A stretch of DNA of 64,000 nt from Octopus vulgaris (taxonomy: Eukaryota): NCBI GenBank assembly GCA_951406725.2, contig OX597814.1, positions 166,842,001-166,906,000 on the forward strand. Direction: 5' to 3'. This document shows, piece by piece, positions 1 through 14,265 of this stretch (position 1 is the first letter of the stretch; every line of letters begins with the position of its first letter). A model generated the notes under the pieces. That model saw nothing but the letters and a program-made list of their open reading frames with translations, ran no database searches and was not told the DNA's origin. Made by a program: the position numbers and the translations under genes.

Positions 1-300
1 GGCTCGTTGGCTCTTGGCTAGTTACAGTCTTGGAAATTGGTGAAAAATTGATCGAGTCTGCAAACAAACTAACCTATTCTGCAATGAAACAGCTACCTAC
101 TCCTTCCATCATCTCCCAACATAGAAAACCACGTAATTATTGTTTAGCACCAGATCAACCCTATTAAGCCAACTCATGACCACAAGCAATCCGGTTATGA
201 CCACTTCGTCTTTTTCCCAAGCTAATAAACAGAAAACTGTATTATTCAATGTCTTTCTTCCATTAAGACAACAGATTGTAATCTGGTTGCGATTATTACC
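1..300 (-). mobile_element. Decayed RTE-type LINE, N-terminal AP-endonuclease region (runs off window edge)
   Basis: Minus-strand translation NQITICCLNGRKTLNN..LLAWEKDEVVITGLLVVMSWLNRVDLVLNNNYVVFYVGR..VAVSLQNRLV..FSPIS follows the RTE APE pattern (IGTWNVRTL..GLSEVRW..YTFFYSG..GVGF..PISER), with stops and frameshifts. Confidence 0.55.
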
Positions 301-897
301 GTGTCGCTTGACCGTATGTATATAGGTTCTTTTGTTGATGTGAAGAGCTACAACATAAGTGCATGATGGTGGACCAGGGTCTTTGGAACCCATAGTCGGT
401 CATTCAGTACGGAAGCAGGGTGTTGATTTAAGACAGAAAAGAACGTGGTCTCTATCATTTGAAGTGGTTTTTTATCGAGCTTGGAGTTTTGAAGGAGATA
501 GCAGGAGCATTGCCAAGACGAGTGGCTTTTGAAGTTATTGTTTAGCACCGTAGCACCAGGTGAACTTTTGACCGAGTCAACATATCGTAACTTATCGCAC
601 TCGACAACTTTGTACACATGGTGGTTTAAGAATTTGAAACTGAGAAGGTATTTGTAGTAAGTTCAGAGTGAAAAATTGAAAGAAAGGAAGAAACAAACAA
701 AGAAAGAAGGAAGGAAAGAAGGAAGAAAGGAAGGAAGGATCTAGTTTTTTCATTCGCAAAATATGCTTTTTTTAAAAGGAAGTAAAAAATCTGAAAATCG
801 GTTATAATAATGTAGCATTCCAGTCTCATTGCTTTGAAGGTATGATGTTGTAGAGAAAAAAAATGGAGAAAAAAGTTGCAAATCTTAATGAAATAAA

Positions 898-1041
898 GTA
901 GCTTGCTTACCAGCCACATGGTTCCGGGTTCAGTCCCACAGCGTGGCACGTTGGGCAAGTGTCTTCTGCTATAGCCTCGGGCCGACCAAAGCCTTATGAG
1001 TGGATTTGGTAGACGAAAACTGAAAAAAGTCCGTCGTATAT

Positions 1042-1109
<68 letters not shown>

Positions 1110-1315
1110 TGCGTGTCTGTCTTTGTCCCCCCAACATCGCTTGACAACCGATGCTGATTCTTTTACGTCCCCGTCACTTAGCGGCTCTACAAGAGAGAGC
1201 GATAGAATAAGTACTAGGCTTACAAAGGATAAGTCCCGGAGGTCGATTTTCTCGACTAAAGGCAGTACCCCAGCATGGCCGCAGTGAAATGACTGAAATA
1301 AAAAAATCAAAAAAA
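898..1315 (+). mobile_element. SINE family A (tRNA-derived head, internal (TA)n(TG)n), 5'-truncated
   Basis: B box GGTTCAGTCCC, body CCTTGGGCAAGTGTCTT, internal microsatellite, tail ..ATGACTGAAA; near-identical to copies at 24832, 46226, 47667, 59032. Confidence 0.9.
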
Positions 1316-1328
1316 TATAAGTGTGTGT

Positions 1329-1359
<31 letters not shown>

Positions 1360-1829
1360 AAAAGGGGGGGGGGCATCTGTCATCAAAACTCCAAAGTTGA
1401 GTAACGTTTTCATGCTTGGATTTGTAAACTACGATAAGAATAACACTGGTCAACAAAGAATTTGTCCCAAGGAAAAGAACACCTGTATCTTATACGCTTT
1501 TTGCCTGTAGAATTCAAAAATAATGTCAAATTATCTGTATTTCTCTCTTCCACGATATCCCACTCAGTTCCTGTTACGTGGGCTAAATTTCAGTTAAGCT
1601 GTTGAAATGTGAAGCTAACGGTTTAAGAAATACTCCTAATTTAAATTTTTATGAACAGAATTAACCTAGTGAAATTATAAATCCAGCTATCTGAGTCAAT
1701 GAGTCCTAAAAATATTTGAAATGAAAAATACGTTAAAAATACTAACACACAGAAGCACAGAAAAATATGTAATATACTAACACACAGAAAAATTAAAACA
1801 AAACATGTGGGTGAAAAGAATCACGTGGT

Positions 1830-2146
1830 GCGAAGAATGGACTCCTTTGATTACTATTTTATTCTGGAGGGCCCCATAACCATTTGATGTTTAAAAACTA
1901 ATTTTATAGATGCTTCTTTCAAAATTCCTATTTTGTTTTTCACACATTAACTTGTGTAGGTTGAATATGTAAAATGTTAGAGAAAGAAACCCAGCTGTTT
2001 CTTGCAATATATACCAATACATACATCTAGAGCAAAATTTTTTTAGGGACCTTAAAATACTATTGTGAATCCCCAATTTACAGTTTTGTTACACGGACCC
2101 CTACCTATCCCAAAAATCTTATATGGACCCCAGTTGAGAACCACTG
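1830..2146. mobile_element. hAT-like non-autonomous element remnant
   Basis: Right end GTTGAGAACCACTG (reverse complement CAGTGGTTCTCAAC, typical hAT terminus) with subterminal GGACCCC motifs; left end not resolved. Confidence 0.5.
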
Positions 2147-2210
2147 GTTTAGGTGGTGATTAGTTAGTTTCTTCGTGGAACGTGGCTTAAAAGTTAACAC
2201 TAAATTGCTT

Positions 2211-2400
2211 GGATCTTTTCTATTTTGAGGCCAGTTTTTTCAAATTTTTCCTACTGAACCAAACAATTTGAAACTTCGTATACTGGTAGAATGTGTCAAA
2301 AGTAAACTTAATTGTAAACCAGAATGAAAACGGAATTGTAACTTCTAAGTTTAACGTTGTTTAATAATTAGAATTTTAACCAATGATATTCCGTCATTCG
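2211..2400 (-). mobile_element. Diverged arm of the GGATC-ended MITE family seen intact at 36122-36568
   Basis: GGATCTTTTC..CAGTTTTT..AAACTTCGTATACTGGTAGAATGTG matches the reverse complement of 36485-36568. Confidence 0.65.
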
Positions 2401-4664
2401 GCTTTATTTTATTTACTCCGTCTCGACCACTTGTTTCGTGACGTATTTAACATCTTAAATGTAAACAAGTCAGCCACCTTCTAATAACAATATTTAAAAC
2501 TAGTTAATAAGCCACATGTATTAAATTGAAAATGTTTCCATTCTGTATGTCTGCATGTATGTGTGTGTGTATGTATGTGTAAGTATGTGTGTGTGTGTAT
2601 GTATGTGTGTATGTATGTATAGCCGATTCATCGTAATTACGATGAATTGGCCATAGATACATACACACACACACATACATGCAGACATACATATACACAT
2701 ACACCGAGTAAAAAATTTCAGTTATCTCTCTCTTTCACACATTACTCTCTCTGTCTCTTCACACACACTAACAGAAGCACTTCACTTACACAACATACTG
2801 TCTCCCACACCCCATCAAACACACACACACACACACATGTACATCAATGCTTCCCCTAGACGGTAACTTCAAAGACAAACTTCCCTCGTCATAAAATCGC
2901 TTCCTCTTAGTCTCTTTCGCTCTCATTACTTATGTAAAAAAATAAAAGTTTTTTACGGAAATCGACGGAAAACTTGTGCTACGACAAGCGAAACTTCGCC
3001 GAAATTTAATATTAAAAAAGCAAAGAGCTGGCAGAAACGTTAGCACGCCGGGCGAAATGCGTTCTGTGTTTGTTTACAGTTTTCCGAACGTTAGTACGTC
3101 ACAAAAGCGCTTTCTACGTCACACTAATAGAATGCAGTCAAGTTTTACACATGAAAACAAACAATCTGATTGGTTAAAATTCGCAGTTTTAATCTACGAT
3201 TAAAGTCATAAAATAGATTTTTCTCAAATAAACTAGTTCCAACCTGTGTCTTGTTTTGCTAGACTCTATCAGCATACGAAATTTCAGATTATTTAGTTAA
3301 GTAGAAAGATCTGTGGTCCTGGCTTCAGAATAGAAAAGATCCAATTGCTTCAGTAAAACTTCCATAAAGAAATCCCACGGGTGAGTGTCGACTAAAGGCG
3401 GTGCTCCGGCATGGCCGCAGTCAAATGACTGAAACGAGTAAAAGAATAAAAGAAAGAATAAAGAATATAGGAGTAGGCCTCCAGGATGTAGAAGCTGTAT
3501 TAGCAGTCCCTGAGGAGAGAAAAAACGAGCAAGCGAGCAAGAGAGAGAGAGGGGGGGGGGAGAAAGTGTGTGTGTGTGGAGTGGGGAGAGCTTTATTGTT
3601 ATTAGTTGCAAAACGGTTTAGCCTTTAGTTTATCGAATAATAAAATGATCCATCTTAGTGTGAGTGCAAAACTTAATTTCATATAGATGACATATAGCTG
3701 TCTGTGTATCTCTTTAATTAACTGATCATATATTTTATTCTTTCCTTCCAATGTCTTCATTTTCCACTATTTAATGATATAATATCAGTTTTAGAATATA
3801 TAATAAATATTTTCTGATGTTAGTATAAAATAAATTTGCAAAATTTATTCAATCGATAGTGGAATTTTTTCAGCCATATTTAACTAGTTTGAAAAGTATT
3901 GGGGATTTCCTACGTTGTAAGAATTTAGCTGCGTTCAATTACCTTACGTTACATTCAAATAAGCTTAATACCTCCTTCTGAGACAACTCGTTACGAAGCT
4001 ATAACAATTTTAATGAAAATGTTTGCTTTTATTTCATTTTATCTTTCTTTTAATTCATTTTCATTTTTATGGGTTTTCCTTTTCTTTACTAAAATCATAT
4101 CAACAAACACAAAGGCTAATTTCAGTTATTGTCGTTTTAAGTTTTACGTCGTTTTCAGACTACACAGAAGAATGACAAAAGAGCACGCGACAATCGACCG
4201 ACACATTAATACCGTTATTTGCTGCAAAGTTACAAGTGGGCTGCTGCGGATTCTACTCGAATTGTCTGACAGCGAATAACGATACAACTCTTTTGTAGGT
4301 AGACATTGGCATGACTCGGAGATTCAATAAGGTCAGTTTAACTGCCATCGTTATCATTGTCTGGCGCGCCCAGCTGTCTGGCTAAGGCTGACATCCACAG
4401 ACTGTCCGTCGCTTATCGCCTCTCACACAGCCCACCATCTTGTCTGCCTAACCAACACACAGTAGTCTATGCAAGCAAATGTTAGCTGCTTCCAGACAAT
4501 ATGTTACCAATGAGTTTATAGATATCTACATCACCTTCTCTGAAAGCTTTCAACATTTTTATTTATTATCATTTTTTCGATCACTTTATCAGACTTTTAG
4601 TCTTTTTCGTTCTGCTTCCTATTTCTCTATCTACACCCACCTCTTTATTTTTCTTTCTTTCTCG

Positions 4665-5010
4665 CTTCTTCTTCTTCTTCTTCTTCTTCTTCTTCTTCTT
4701 CTTCTTCTTCTTCTTCTTCTTCTTTCATTCTTCTTCTTTTTCTTCTTCTTCTTCTTTTTCTTCTTCTTCTTCTTCTTCTTCTTCTTCTTCTTCTTCTTCT
4801 TCTTCCCCTCCACCTTCTTTTTCTTCTTCTTCTTCTTCTTCTTCTTCTTCTTCTTCTTCTTCTTCTTCTCCTCCTCCTCCTCCTCCTTCTTCTCTTCTTC
4901 TTCTTCTTCTTCTTCTTCTTCTTTCTTCTTCTTCTTCTTCTTCTTCTTCTTCTTCTTCTTCTTCTTCTTCTTCTTCTTCTTCTTCTTCTTCTTTATTCTT
5001 CTTCTTCTCA
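4665..5010. repeat. Long (TTC)n/(GAA)n polypyrimidine microsatellite
   Basis: About 340 bp of almost pure TTC/TCC repeats; source of the poly-F/L/S and poly-K/E/R ORFs. Confidence 0.97.
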
Positions 5011-5466
5011 ACACCAGTCTATTCTATAGAGTATATCCCTTTTTATATTTAAAACTTTTATATCACATAACGTTAACCTTTGTCTTTTATTGTCTCGAAA
5101 TGTTTATGATTTGGAATGCATATATATGCATATATGCAATCCTCGGTTTTTATATATCTATGCACGTATGTGTGCTTGTATACTTGTATGCATGCGTGCA
5201 TGGATGTATGTGTGTATTTATATGTATCTATTCATGTATGCATGTATGTATATATCTGTGTATGTATGTGTGCGTGCGCGCACATGTGTATTTGAACGTA
5301 GTATGGAGGAATGATTGAGAAGTTCACTTCTTAATCACGAGATCTCGGGTTCGATCCCACTGTGCGGCATCTTGGTCATATGTCTTTTATCATAACTCCA
5401 GATTGATCCAAGCCTTTATGAGTGAAATTGAGTAGATAGAAACTGTACGAAAGCCCATCGGCTAAT

Positions 5467-5697
5467 ACTCTTTACTCTCTCTTTTACTCTTTTACTTGTT
5501 TCAGTCATTTGACTGCGGCCATGCTGGAGCACCGCCTTTAATCGAGCAACTCGACCCCGGAACTTATTCTTTTGTAAGCCCAGTACTTATTCTATCGGTC
5601 TCTTTTGCCGAACCGCTAAGTAACGGGGACATAAACACACCAGCATCGGTTGTCAAGCAATGCTAGGGGGACAAACACATTCACACAAACACACACA

Positions 5698-5755
<58 letters not shown>

Positions 5756-5915
5756 TACGACGGGCTTCTTTCAGTTTCCGTCTACCAAATCCACTCACAA
5801 GGATTTGGTCGGCCCGAGGCTATAGTAGAAGACACTTGCCCAAGGTGCCACGCATTGGGACTGACCCGGAACCATGTGGTTGGTAAACAAGCTACTTATC
5901 ACACAGCCACTCCTG
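5467..5915 (-). mobile_element. SINE family A, near full length
   Basis: Reverse complement of family A from the A box (CCACACAGCCACTCC-like) to the (CTCTTTTA)n tail, with internal (TA)n. Confidence 0.92.
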
Positions 5916-6128
5916 GGTATTCGTAATTCAAAACTTCCACTTTATTACACTCTGTGCCACGCTGATTCTGCCTGAGAATTAACGTTTAGCGGATTAAGTA
6001 TCTGAAGAATGCCCACTCACTTACGCGATTCTAAATGAGCAGCTATTTCACTTGTTTGAGTAACTGAATTCTCATTGTCGAAACCGACGGAAAATGCCCA
6101 CCCCACAGCACGTGTGTGTGTGTATGTA

Positions 6129-6184
<56 letters not shown>

Positions 6185-6203
6185 TGTGTGCGTGCGTGCG
6201 TGT

Positions 6204-6253
<50 letters not shown>

Positions 6254-6374
6254 AATCCGATGGATGGCTTACCTAGCCGAAGCTTCGAAGTTACTGTCAG
6301 TACTATTCTTGTTAAATGATAAATTCGTACTTTGCAAAATGAAAGAAAGAAAGAAAAACAAGGTATTTCTCTAT

Positions 6375-7095
6375 TACCTTAGAGACGTTAGGAATGCAAT
6401 AAGATGATAATTAGCTGGGTCGGTGGGGTTGTCTTTCTTTGCAAAAGATCGCACTGAAGCATGTTTCCAAATGTCAAAGTATATCCCCGTAGTGAATGAG
6501 GGATTTAAGCGCTTTTTTTTTTTGTTCCTTCTCGAGCCATGCCTGGCTCATAAGGGCCGGTTTTCCGGTTTCCTTGGCGTATAGTTTCCCCACCTGGATG
6601 GGACGCCGGTCCGTCGCAGGTGAGCTACAAGATGCAGGAGGAAACAGTGAAAGTTGTGGCGAAAGAGTCAGCAGAAGTTCGCCATTAGCTTCTGCCGGAG
6701 CCACGTGGAGCTTAGGTGTTTCGCTCATAAACACACACATCGCCCGGTCTGAGATTCGAACGCGTGACCCCTCGACCGCGACTCCGCTGCTCTAACCACT
6801 AGGCCATTTGCCTCCACATTTAAGAGCTTTGTGAGTATAGGGACAAGTTGTGGGGCGCACTGGTTTAATTGTAATGGCAGGGACATTGTCAGGGCCGATC
6901 GCCTTACTTGTTTGAAGCAAATAGAGGTATTTCCGGGCTTGGCATGTATGTAAGCAGGGTAGGGAACCAATTAAGGTAAAAGGGGAAGATTTGGCGGGGG
7001 TTGGCAAAAGGTATGTAGTGGTAAGTTAAATGTAAAGCGGACAGAGGTGGAAACTTTTGCCATTGAGGTTCCAAGTTCCTGTTTAGAATAGAAGG
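6375..7095 (-). mobile_element. CR1/Jockey/L2-group LINE ORF2 fragment (start of RT), interrupted by a SINE
   Basis: Minus-strand TSKAIGPDNVPAITI / QCAPQLVPILTKLLN, resuming after the SINE as [37 protein letters not shown] (KAPGPD..WK.A.V.PI.KK..NYRPISL pattern). Confidence 0.8.
6516..6817 (-). mobile_element. SINE family C (tRNA-derived), full length with TSD
   Basis: Head TGGCCTAGTGG (A box) and GTTCGAATC (B box) on minus strand; flanked by ATTTAAG(C/A)GCTTT at 6503-6515 and 6818-6830; second copy at 56464. Confidence 0.92.
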
Positions 7096-7404
7096 AAATG
7101 AGGATTTAATTTATTGACCTTGAAACGATGAAAGGCAAAGTCGACCTCGTCGAAATTTAAATTCAGAACGTAAAGACAGACGGATTTGAACATATTTAAT
7201 GTAATGCCACACATATTTAATGTATACCACCAAGTAAGTTAGGGGCTGTGAATCCAACCCACTAAAAGATAATACTTATCCAATATACTGTTGGTATAAT
7301 ACCCAAATTATTAATACACAAGTGTTTTTAATTGCAATGCAATAAACTCACTTATTGTATTAAATGGGTGAAGGTAAAGAAATATTTTACCATTAATTTA
7401 TATT

Positions 7405-7477
7405 ACAAATACGAAAATGGAGAAGCACATTAGTTAGTTGATGAACCAACTAATGTGCTTCTTCATTTTCTTATTTG

Positions 7478-7478
<1 letters not shown>
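7405..7478. repeat. 35-bp-arm inverted repeat (hairpin) abutting (TA)n
   Basis: ACAAATACGAAAATGGAGAAGCACATTAGTTAGTT-gatg-AACCAACTAATGTGCTTCTTCATTTTCTTATTTGT, 3 mismatches. Confidence 0.9.
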
Positions 7479-7548
<70 letters not shown>

Positions 7549-7551
<3 letters not shown>

Positions 7552-7686
7552 GCTGATTCAAAAGTCAACATACATGTCAACATACATAGGAAATGTTTTT
7601 TTTATAAGAAACTGTTAAATAAAAAAAAATTGTTTTTTATAAAAACAAAAATTATTCTTATATATGGCGATTTTTTAATCACCCTG
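7549..7686. mobile_element. Small Tc1/mariner-type MITE
   Basis: TA-flanked imperfect TIRs CAGGCTGATTCAAAAGTC / reverse complement CAGGGTGATTAAAAAATC. Confidence 0.7.
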
Positions 7687-7797
7687 TATTATTCTCATTC
7701 ATAGCAACCCTATTTGCTAGCCGTGTACGATGAAAAATCTTTTTTCAGCTTACCGCACTTCGATATGGGAGAAGCCTACATTTTTACCTGGGAAAAG

Positions 7798-7835
<38 letters not shown>

Positions 7836-8131
7836 TAATCTCTTACTTGTTTTACTCATGGGCCACGGTTATATTGAGGCACCTACTTGAAGAATATTGC
7901 CTTGGTCATTTTTACTGAACCGCTAAATTAGGGGGATGTAAAAAAAACAAGACTAGTTATCAAGTGGTTGTGGTGGACAAACACAAAGACACACACATAG
8001 ATGAATACATAAATACACGACGGGCTTCTTTCCATCTCCCGCTTCATAATTCACAAATACATACATGCATACAAGTAAAACCAACAATCATAAAACTATT
8101 CATGCATAGTTTTATATATATATTTATATAT

Positions 8132-8178
<47 letters not shown>

Positions 8179-8259
8179 AAGCTGTATATATATATATATG
8201 TATGTGTGTATATATAGGCACACACACAATACACACACACACACATATACGTTTATATA

Positions 8260-8532
8260 TTCGTTTTGCAAGAGTCTTGATGTGAAATCGTGTGTTGAAA
8301 CAGATGTTGTTGTATTTGGAGATGGTCATGTTGCCAGTTTAGCCAATAAAAACACACGCACTATATATTTGGTGTTAATTTGCTTCAGCTTTATTTTATT
8401 TTTTAAATTAATCGTATTTCGGCCAGTTCTTTCGTCACACTTCTGTAACCTCATCAGTGGTCCTTTGCTTTCTTCTTTCTTATTTGTGTGCCTTTCCTTA
8501 CTATCGATCAGCCATTCTGTACATCCCCAAAT

Positions 8533-8540
<8 letters not shown>
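8260..8540 (-). mobile_element. Probable Penelope-like terminal-repeat fragment with decayed hammerhead-like core
   Basis: Unique island between microsatellites; minus strand CTGATGAG-GTTACA-GAAG-TGTGAC-GAAA (8430-8457); stem I/III poorly formed. Confidence 0.4.
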
Positions 8541-8614
<74 letters not shown>

Positions 8615-8907
8615 CCGATTACATAAAGATACAAGGAAGAGAATTTCCAGGAAATAATTGTGCATAAGATATATCTCAGCATGTAAATAGCAAAATGTGT
8701 ATATGTATGTACGTATGCATGCATGTATGCATGTATGTATGTGTGTACGTACGTATGTTTGTTTGCACGTATGTACATATGCATGTATTTATATGCATTG
8801 GTATACGTATACGCAAACCGACACATTCCTAAACACGCGTGCGCAAACATTCATAACGATAATAGTAAATATATGAAAATGATAATATATTTTACGTGTG
8901 TGTGTAT

Positions 8908-8997
<90 letters not shown>

Positions 8998-9203
8998 GTG
9001 TGTGTTAAATTGCTCCATACAAATGAACTCCAGTCATTCTTCAAAAATTTTTTAACAATCTTCACTACTTGAAACCTTCATTTTCGTTTGGTTCTTTTTA
9101 TAATAAAAATATTGATATGTCCTTTTATTTTTACTGTGCAGTATCGCTGATGCCTCTTATTTACTTTTTACCTCTCTACTCCACCTCTGCATAACATTCT
9201 TTC

Positions 9204-9882
<679 letters not shown>

Positions 9883-10294
9883 TGTTTATTTCTGTCTCTT
9901 ATCATAATGCGTTGACTTTGTAGGTGGAGAAATTAGACAATGTATGCTTCGATGCTTCTGATTCACTGAAGCCGAAAAAATATTTGGAGATGAATGAAAG
10001 AGAGAACGAGAAAAAGAGAGGAAAAACAAGATAAAAAGCTATGAACATTATTCAAAATGAGAGAAGGAAATGAAAGACAGGCACATAAGCGAAAACGAAA
10101 AAAAAAAAAAGGAAGGAGGAAAGGAAGGAAGGAAGGAAGGAAGGAGAGAGATAGAAAGTTGGATGGATGGATGGATGATTAGAGGGAGGGAGGGAAGGAT
10201 GGTGGTAGGGATAGATGGATGGATGGATAGAAGGATGGATAGATGGATGGATGTATAGATGGACAGACTGACTGACAGATAGTCAGACAGACAA

Positions 10295-10379
<85 letters not shown>

Positions 10380-10986
10380 TGATCGGTCAGATTTAAGGCA
10401 AGAATGAATCTGTAAAGCAGGATAAAGACGAAGAAGAATGAAACTTTTAAAAAAATGTCATAAAAGTAAATAAATAAGAGAAAGCAGGATAGGATATAAG
10501 GTGTTTTAAAAGTAGATGATATCTGCATAAGAGAAACAAAGAATACGTGTGCTGGCGCCAGCTAGACCAAGTTAAGACAAAAGACACATACAGACGAAAA
10601 AAAATAATATAAAATAAAATAAAATAATAAAAAATACTTTGAAATAAGAAATAGTGGAGTTAAATATAAATTCTTCGTTGAATTTTTAACTTTCTTTCTC
10701 TTTTGTATTTCCTTTGATACATTAAACATATATTCATTCGACGCCAGTTTTGGTAATTTCATATCCTAATTGACATACATGAAGATGTTACAAAGCTGGA
10801 ATTGGAGGTTGGCTGTTATATCTGTACACAAATACCAAAAATGCATTCTCGATGTTTTGCAAAAATACAAGTGATCACAATTTTCAACTTATCCAAATAA
10901 CCTGCATTACATACATACATGCATACATACATACATACATACATACATACATACATACATACATACATACATACATACATAATATA

Positions 10987-11675
10987 CAGGGGTTGGACAA
11001 AATAATGGAAACACCTTAAAATTTCAAACAAATTTATTTTAATATGGGGTAGAACCGCCTTTGGCAGTAATTACATCTTGAATTCTACGTATGGACTCGT
11101 ACAAAGCTTGAATTGTTTCCAAAGGAATTTTTGTTCATTCTTCGGCTAAAACACTCTCCAGTTTTTGTAGTGATGATGGTGAAGGATATCGACTCCTTAT
11201 TTGTTTTCTAAAATGCACCTTAAATGTTCAATAATATTGCGATCTGGGGACTGTGGTGGCCAGATAAGATGTTCAACTTCACTAAAATGTTCCTCATGCC
11301 ATTTAGTAACAACTTTAGCTGTGTAAATTGGTGCATTATCATCCTGAAAGATTGCGTTTCCCTCCGGAAACAGTTCTGCAACCATAGGATGAATTTGATC
11401 AGATACAATGCTTAAATAGCCTTGACTATTAATTCTGCCATGAAGAGAAATCATTGGGCCGGCGGATTTCCAAGATATAGCCCCCCAGATCATCACAGAT
11501 CCTCCTCTATGTTTAACAGTTGGAAGAAGTCAGTCTGGGTCAAATGCTTCTTTTGGTTGGCTCCACACGTATACTCGGCCAGTGGTCGGAAATAGAGTAA
11601 AGGATGACTCGTCCGAGAAAATAACATTCTTCCACTGCTCTGGGGACCAATTCTGTAGGATTTTACTCCACTATA
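10987..11675 (-). mobile_element. Tc1-family DNA transposon, 3' half; transposase pseudogene with DD36E spacing
   Basis: WKNVIFSDESSF..GRVYVW..*LLPTVKHRGGSVMIWGAISW..FQDDNAP..WPPQSPDRNIIE..AKGGSTPY* (stop 11039-11041); TIR CAGGGGTTGGACAAAATAATGGAAACACC after TA at 10985-10986; internal stops and frameshift. Confidence 0.95.
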
Positions 11676-11841
11676 AGCAGATTTTCGCCCCGACATCCGA
11701 AACATGGAGTTTTATTATGGCAACCGAATAATTGTCTCATGTTATATTACAGATAAATTCCTCTATTTACATATGGCGGTCTCAGTCATTCTTTTGTTGT
11801 CATACCATAACTATTAATATATATATCATTTCTCTCTATAT

Positions 11842-11882
<41 letters not shown>

Positions 11883-11939
11883 CATATATATACATATACA
11901 CATACATATATATATATATATACATACATATATACATAC

Positions 11940-12096
<157 letters not shown>

Positions 12097-12107
12097 TATA
12101 CATACAT

Positions 12108-12141
<34 letters not shown>

Positions 12142-12165
12142 GATATTTATAATATTTTATACTAA

Positions 12166-12362
12166 GGCGGCGAGCTGGCAGAAACGTTTAGCGAAGTGTT
12201 TAGCAGTATTTCGTCTGTCTTTATGTTCTGAGTTCAAATTCCGCCGAGGTCGACTTTGCCTTTCATCCTTTCGGGGTCGATAAATTAAGTACTACTGTAG
12301 TCGATCTAATGGACTTTCCTCCTCCCCAACAAATTTCGGACTTTGTGCCTAGAGTAGAAAAG
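12166..12362 (+). mobile_element. SINE family B with tail type ii, internally deleted
   Basis: GGCGGCGAGCTGGCAGAAACG head, GAGTTCAAATTCC B box, GCCTTTCATCCTTTCGGGGTCGATAAA core, tail TTGTGCCTAGAGTAGAAA. Confidence 0.9.
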
Positions 12363-12571
12363 ATATTATATTATACTATATATACAGGCAGTGCCCCAGC
12401 ATAACAACGGCCTTTAGGCTGAAACATAGACAAACAGACAGACAGGTAGGTAGGAAGGTTGAGAGATAGAGAGATAGATAAATAGACAGAGGCAGAGACA
12501 GACAGATTTCATATACACATACGCGCGCACCTAAAGAAAGAATTACAAAATTTTTAAAGTTTTAATATCCA

Positions 12572-12628
<57 letters not shown>

Positions 12629-12696
12629 GTTGTTGTTGTTGTTGTTGTTGTGGTTGTTGTGGTTGTTGTTGTAGTTGTTGTTGTTGTTGTTGTTAT

Positions 12697-12928
12697 TGAG
12701 TGAGAGAGCAGTACATGCCATCAAAGTGACACTGGGGTAAAATATACGAAGCCCAGTATACCCATCATGACAACCCGTCTGATAAGGGTACACCAGGCAC
12801 ATGCATCACAACCATATGTGTGCGACATGGTGATCTCATATCAAGATAAACAGCGTATGACCTTGTAGGTGGGGCCAAGCAAATCTGTGGTATTGAGCTG
12901 AATATTTGCTGTAGCCCATCTTTATACC
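12697..12928. mobile_element. Unclassified interspersed repeat embedded in (TTA)n/(TTG)n
   Basis: Complex 230-bp island bounded on both sides by TTA-type repeats; possibly the 3' UTR of a microsatellite-targeting non-LTR element. Confidence 0.35.
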
Positions 12929-12957
12929 AATTATCATTATTATCATCATTATCGTTA

Positions 12958-13004
<47 letters not shown>

Positions 13005-13440
13005 TGATGAAAACTCATAGCTTATTTTGGTGGGTAAGATGAAAAGTATCAGTTGTTCACAGCCAGCAGACTAAGGTAACACTTGTTTACTGTTCATGCT
13101 TCAAGAACTTTGCAAAGAATTGCAGTTCCAAGCGATGCTGATCTTTGTAGCTGTTAACATTTGTACTAATCTTTTTGAGCCATGCTGGTAGCTGAGTTCT
13201 GATACTTCCAAGTGCGCCAGTTGCAAAATATACAATGTGTATGTGCGATCGATAATGTTTCCATTACTAGGACTGCTTTTTATTCGTATATATATATAGA
13301 GATGTGTTTATGTATGTCTGTCTGTCTGTATGTATGTATGTATGTATGTATGTATGTATGTATGTATGTATGTATGTATGTATGTATGTATGTATATATA
13401 TATATATGTATGTATGCATGTATGTATGTATATATGTATG

Positions 13441-13505
<65 letters not shown>

Positions 13506-13509
13506 TATA

Positions 13510-14222
13510 TCATTATTTGATTGAGCACTACGCATCTATTTCCAAATAAGTTTGTCTTAACCTTTTTGATGTGACTCTACTCTTTACTGTTTTTCTCCCC
13601 CTATCGTTTTTTCTCTCATACTTCCTCTAATTCCCTTTTTTCTCTCCTTCACCGTTTTCTATCTGTCTCTATCTCCCTCTTTCTCCTTTACTATCTCTCT
13701 CGTTGCTCACACGTGACCATCGTCCATCTTTCTTTTCCTCGCGTGATCTTCTTTCTTTTCTTTCAGGGCTATCCTAAGGACTGGACGTATCCTATCTCAC
13801 TTCTATCCTTTCTCTTGTGAAAGAAAATATTTCTCCAGCTTTCGATATTTTGCCCTCGTATTAGTCTAACAACCCTCTTTGTTTTTCATTCAGTTTCCTT
13901 GTATGTCTCCACTGTCCTGTTTCTGTTCCCAACTTTGACCCTCCGTAAATCCCAAATTTTAATTTGGTATTTATGGGAGCAATTGTCTGCGAAGAATCAT
14001 ATTGACGGTCAATGCTTGAAATGAGGAGTAGACAGACAGCCAACAACTGACGAAGGGTCGTTCTTTACGTTACTTGTCCTGTTTTCCATTTGTTTCTCTC
14101 ATTCTTTGCATATTGAAGTCATTTGTTTTCGTATTTCATGTTGTTTACTGTTGGCGACGTCCTGTACCCATACATGCATGCGTGTTTGTGTGTGTGTGTA
14201 TGTGTGTGTGTGTGTGTGTGGG

Positions 14223-14265
<43 letters not shown>

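Noticed and set aside
6740-6817. tRNA-like sequences (also heads at 21870-21950, 46226-46300, 56690-56767)
   Set aside because: A/B boxes are present but continue into SINE bodies, mostly with TSDs; no clean cloverleaf or terminator
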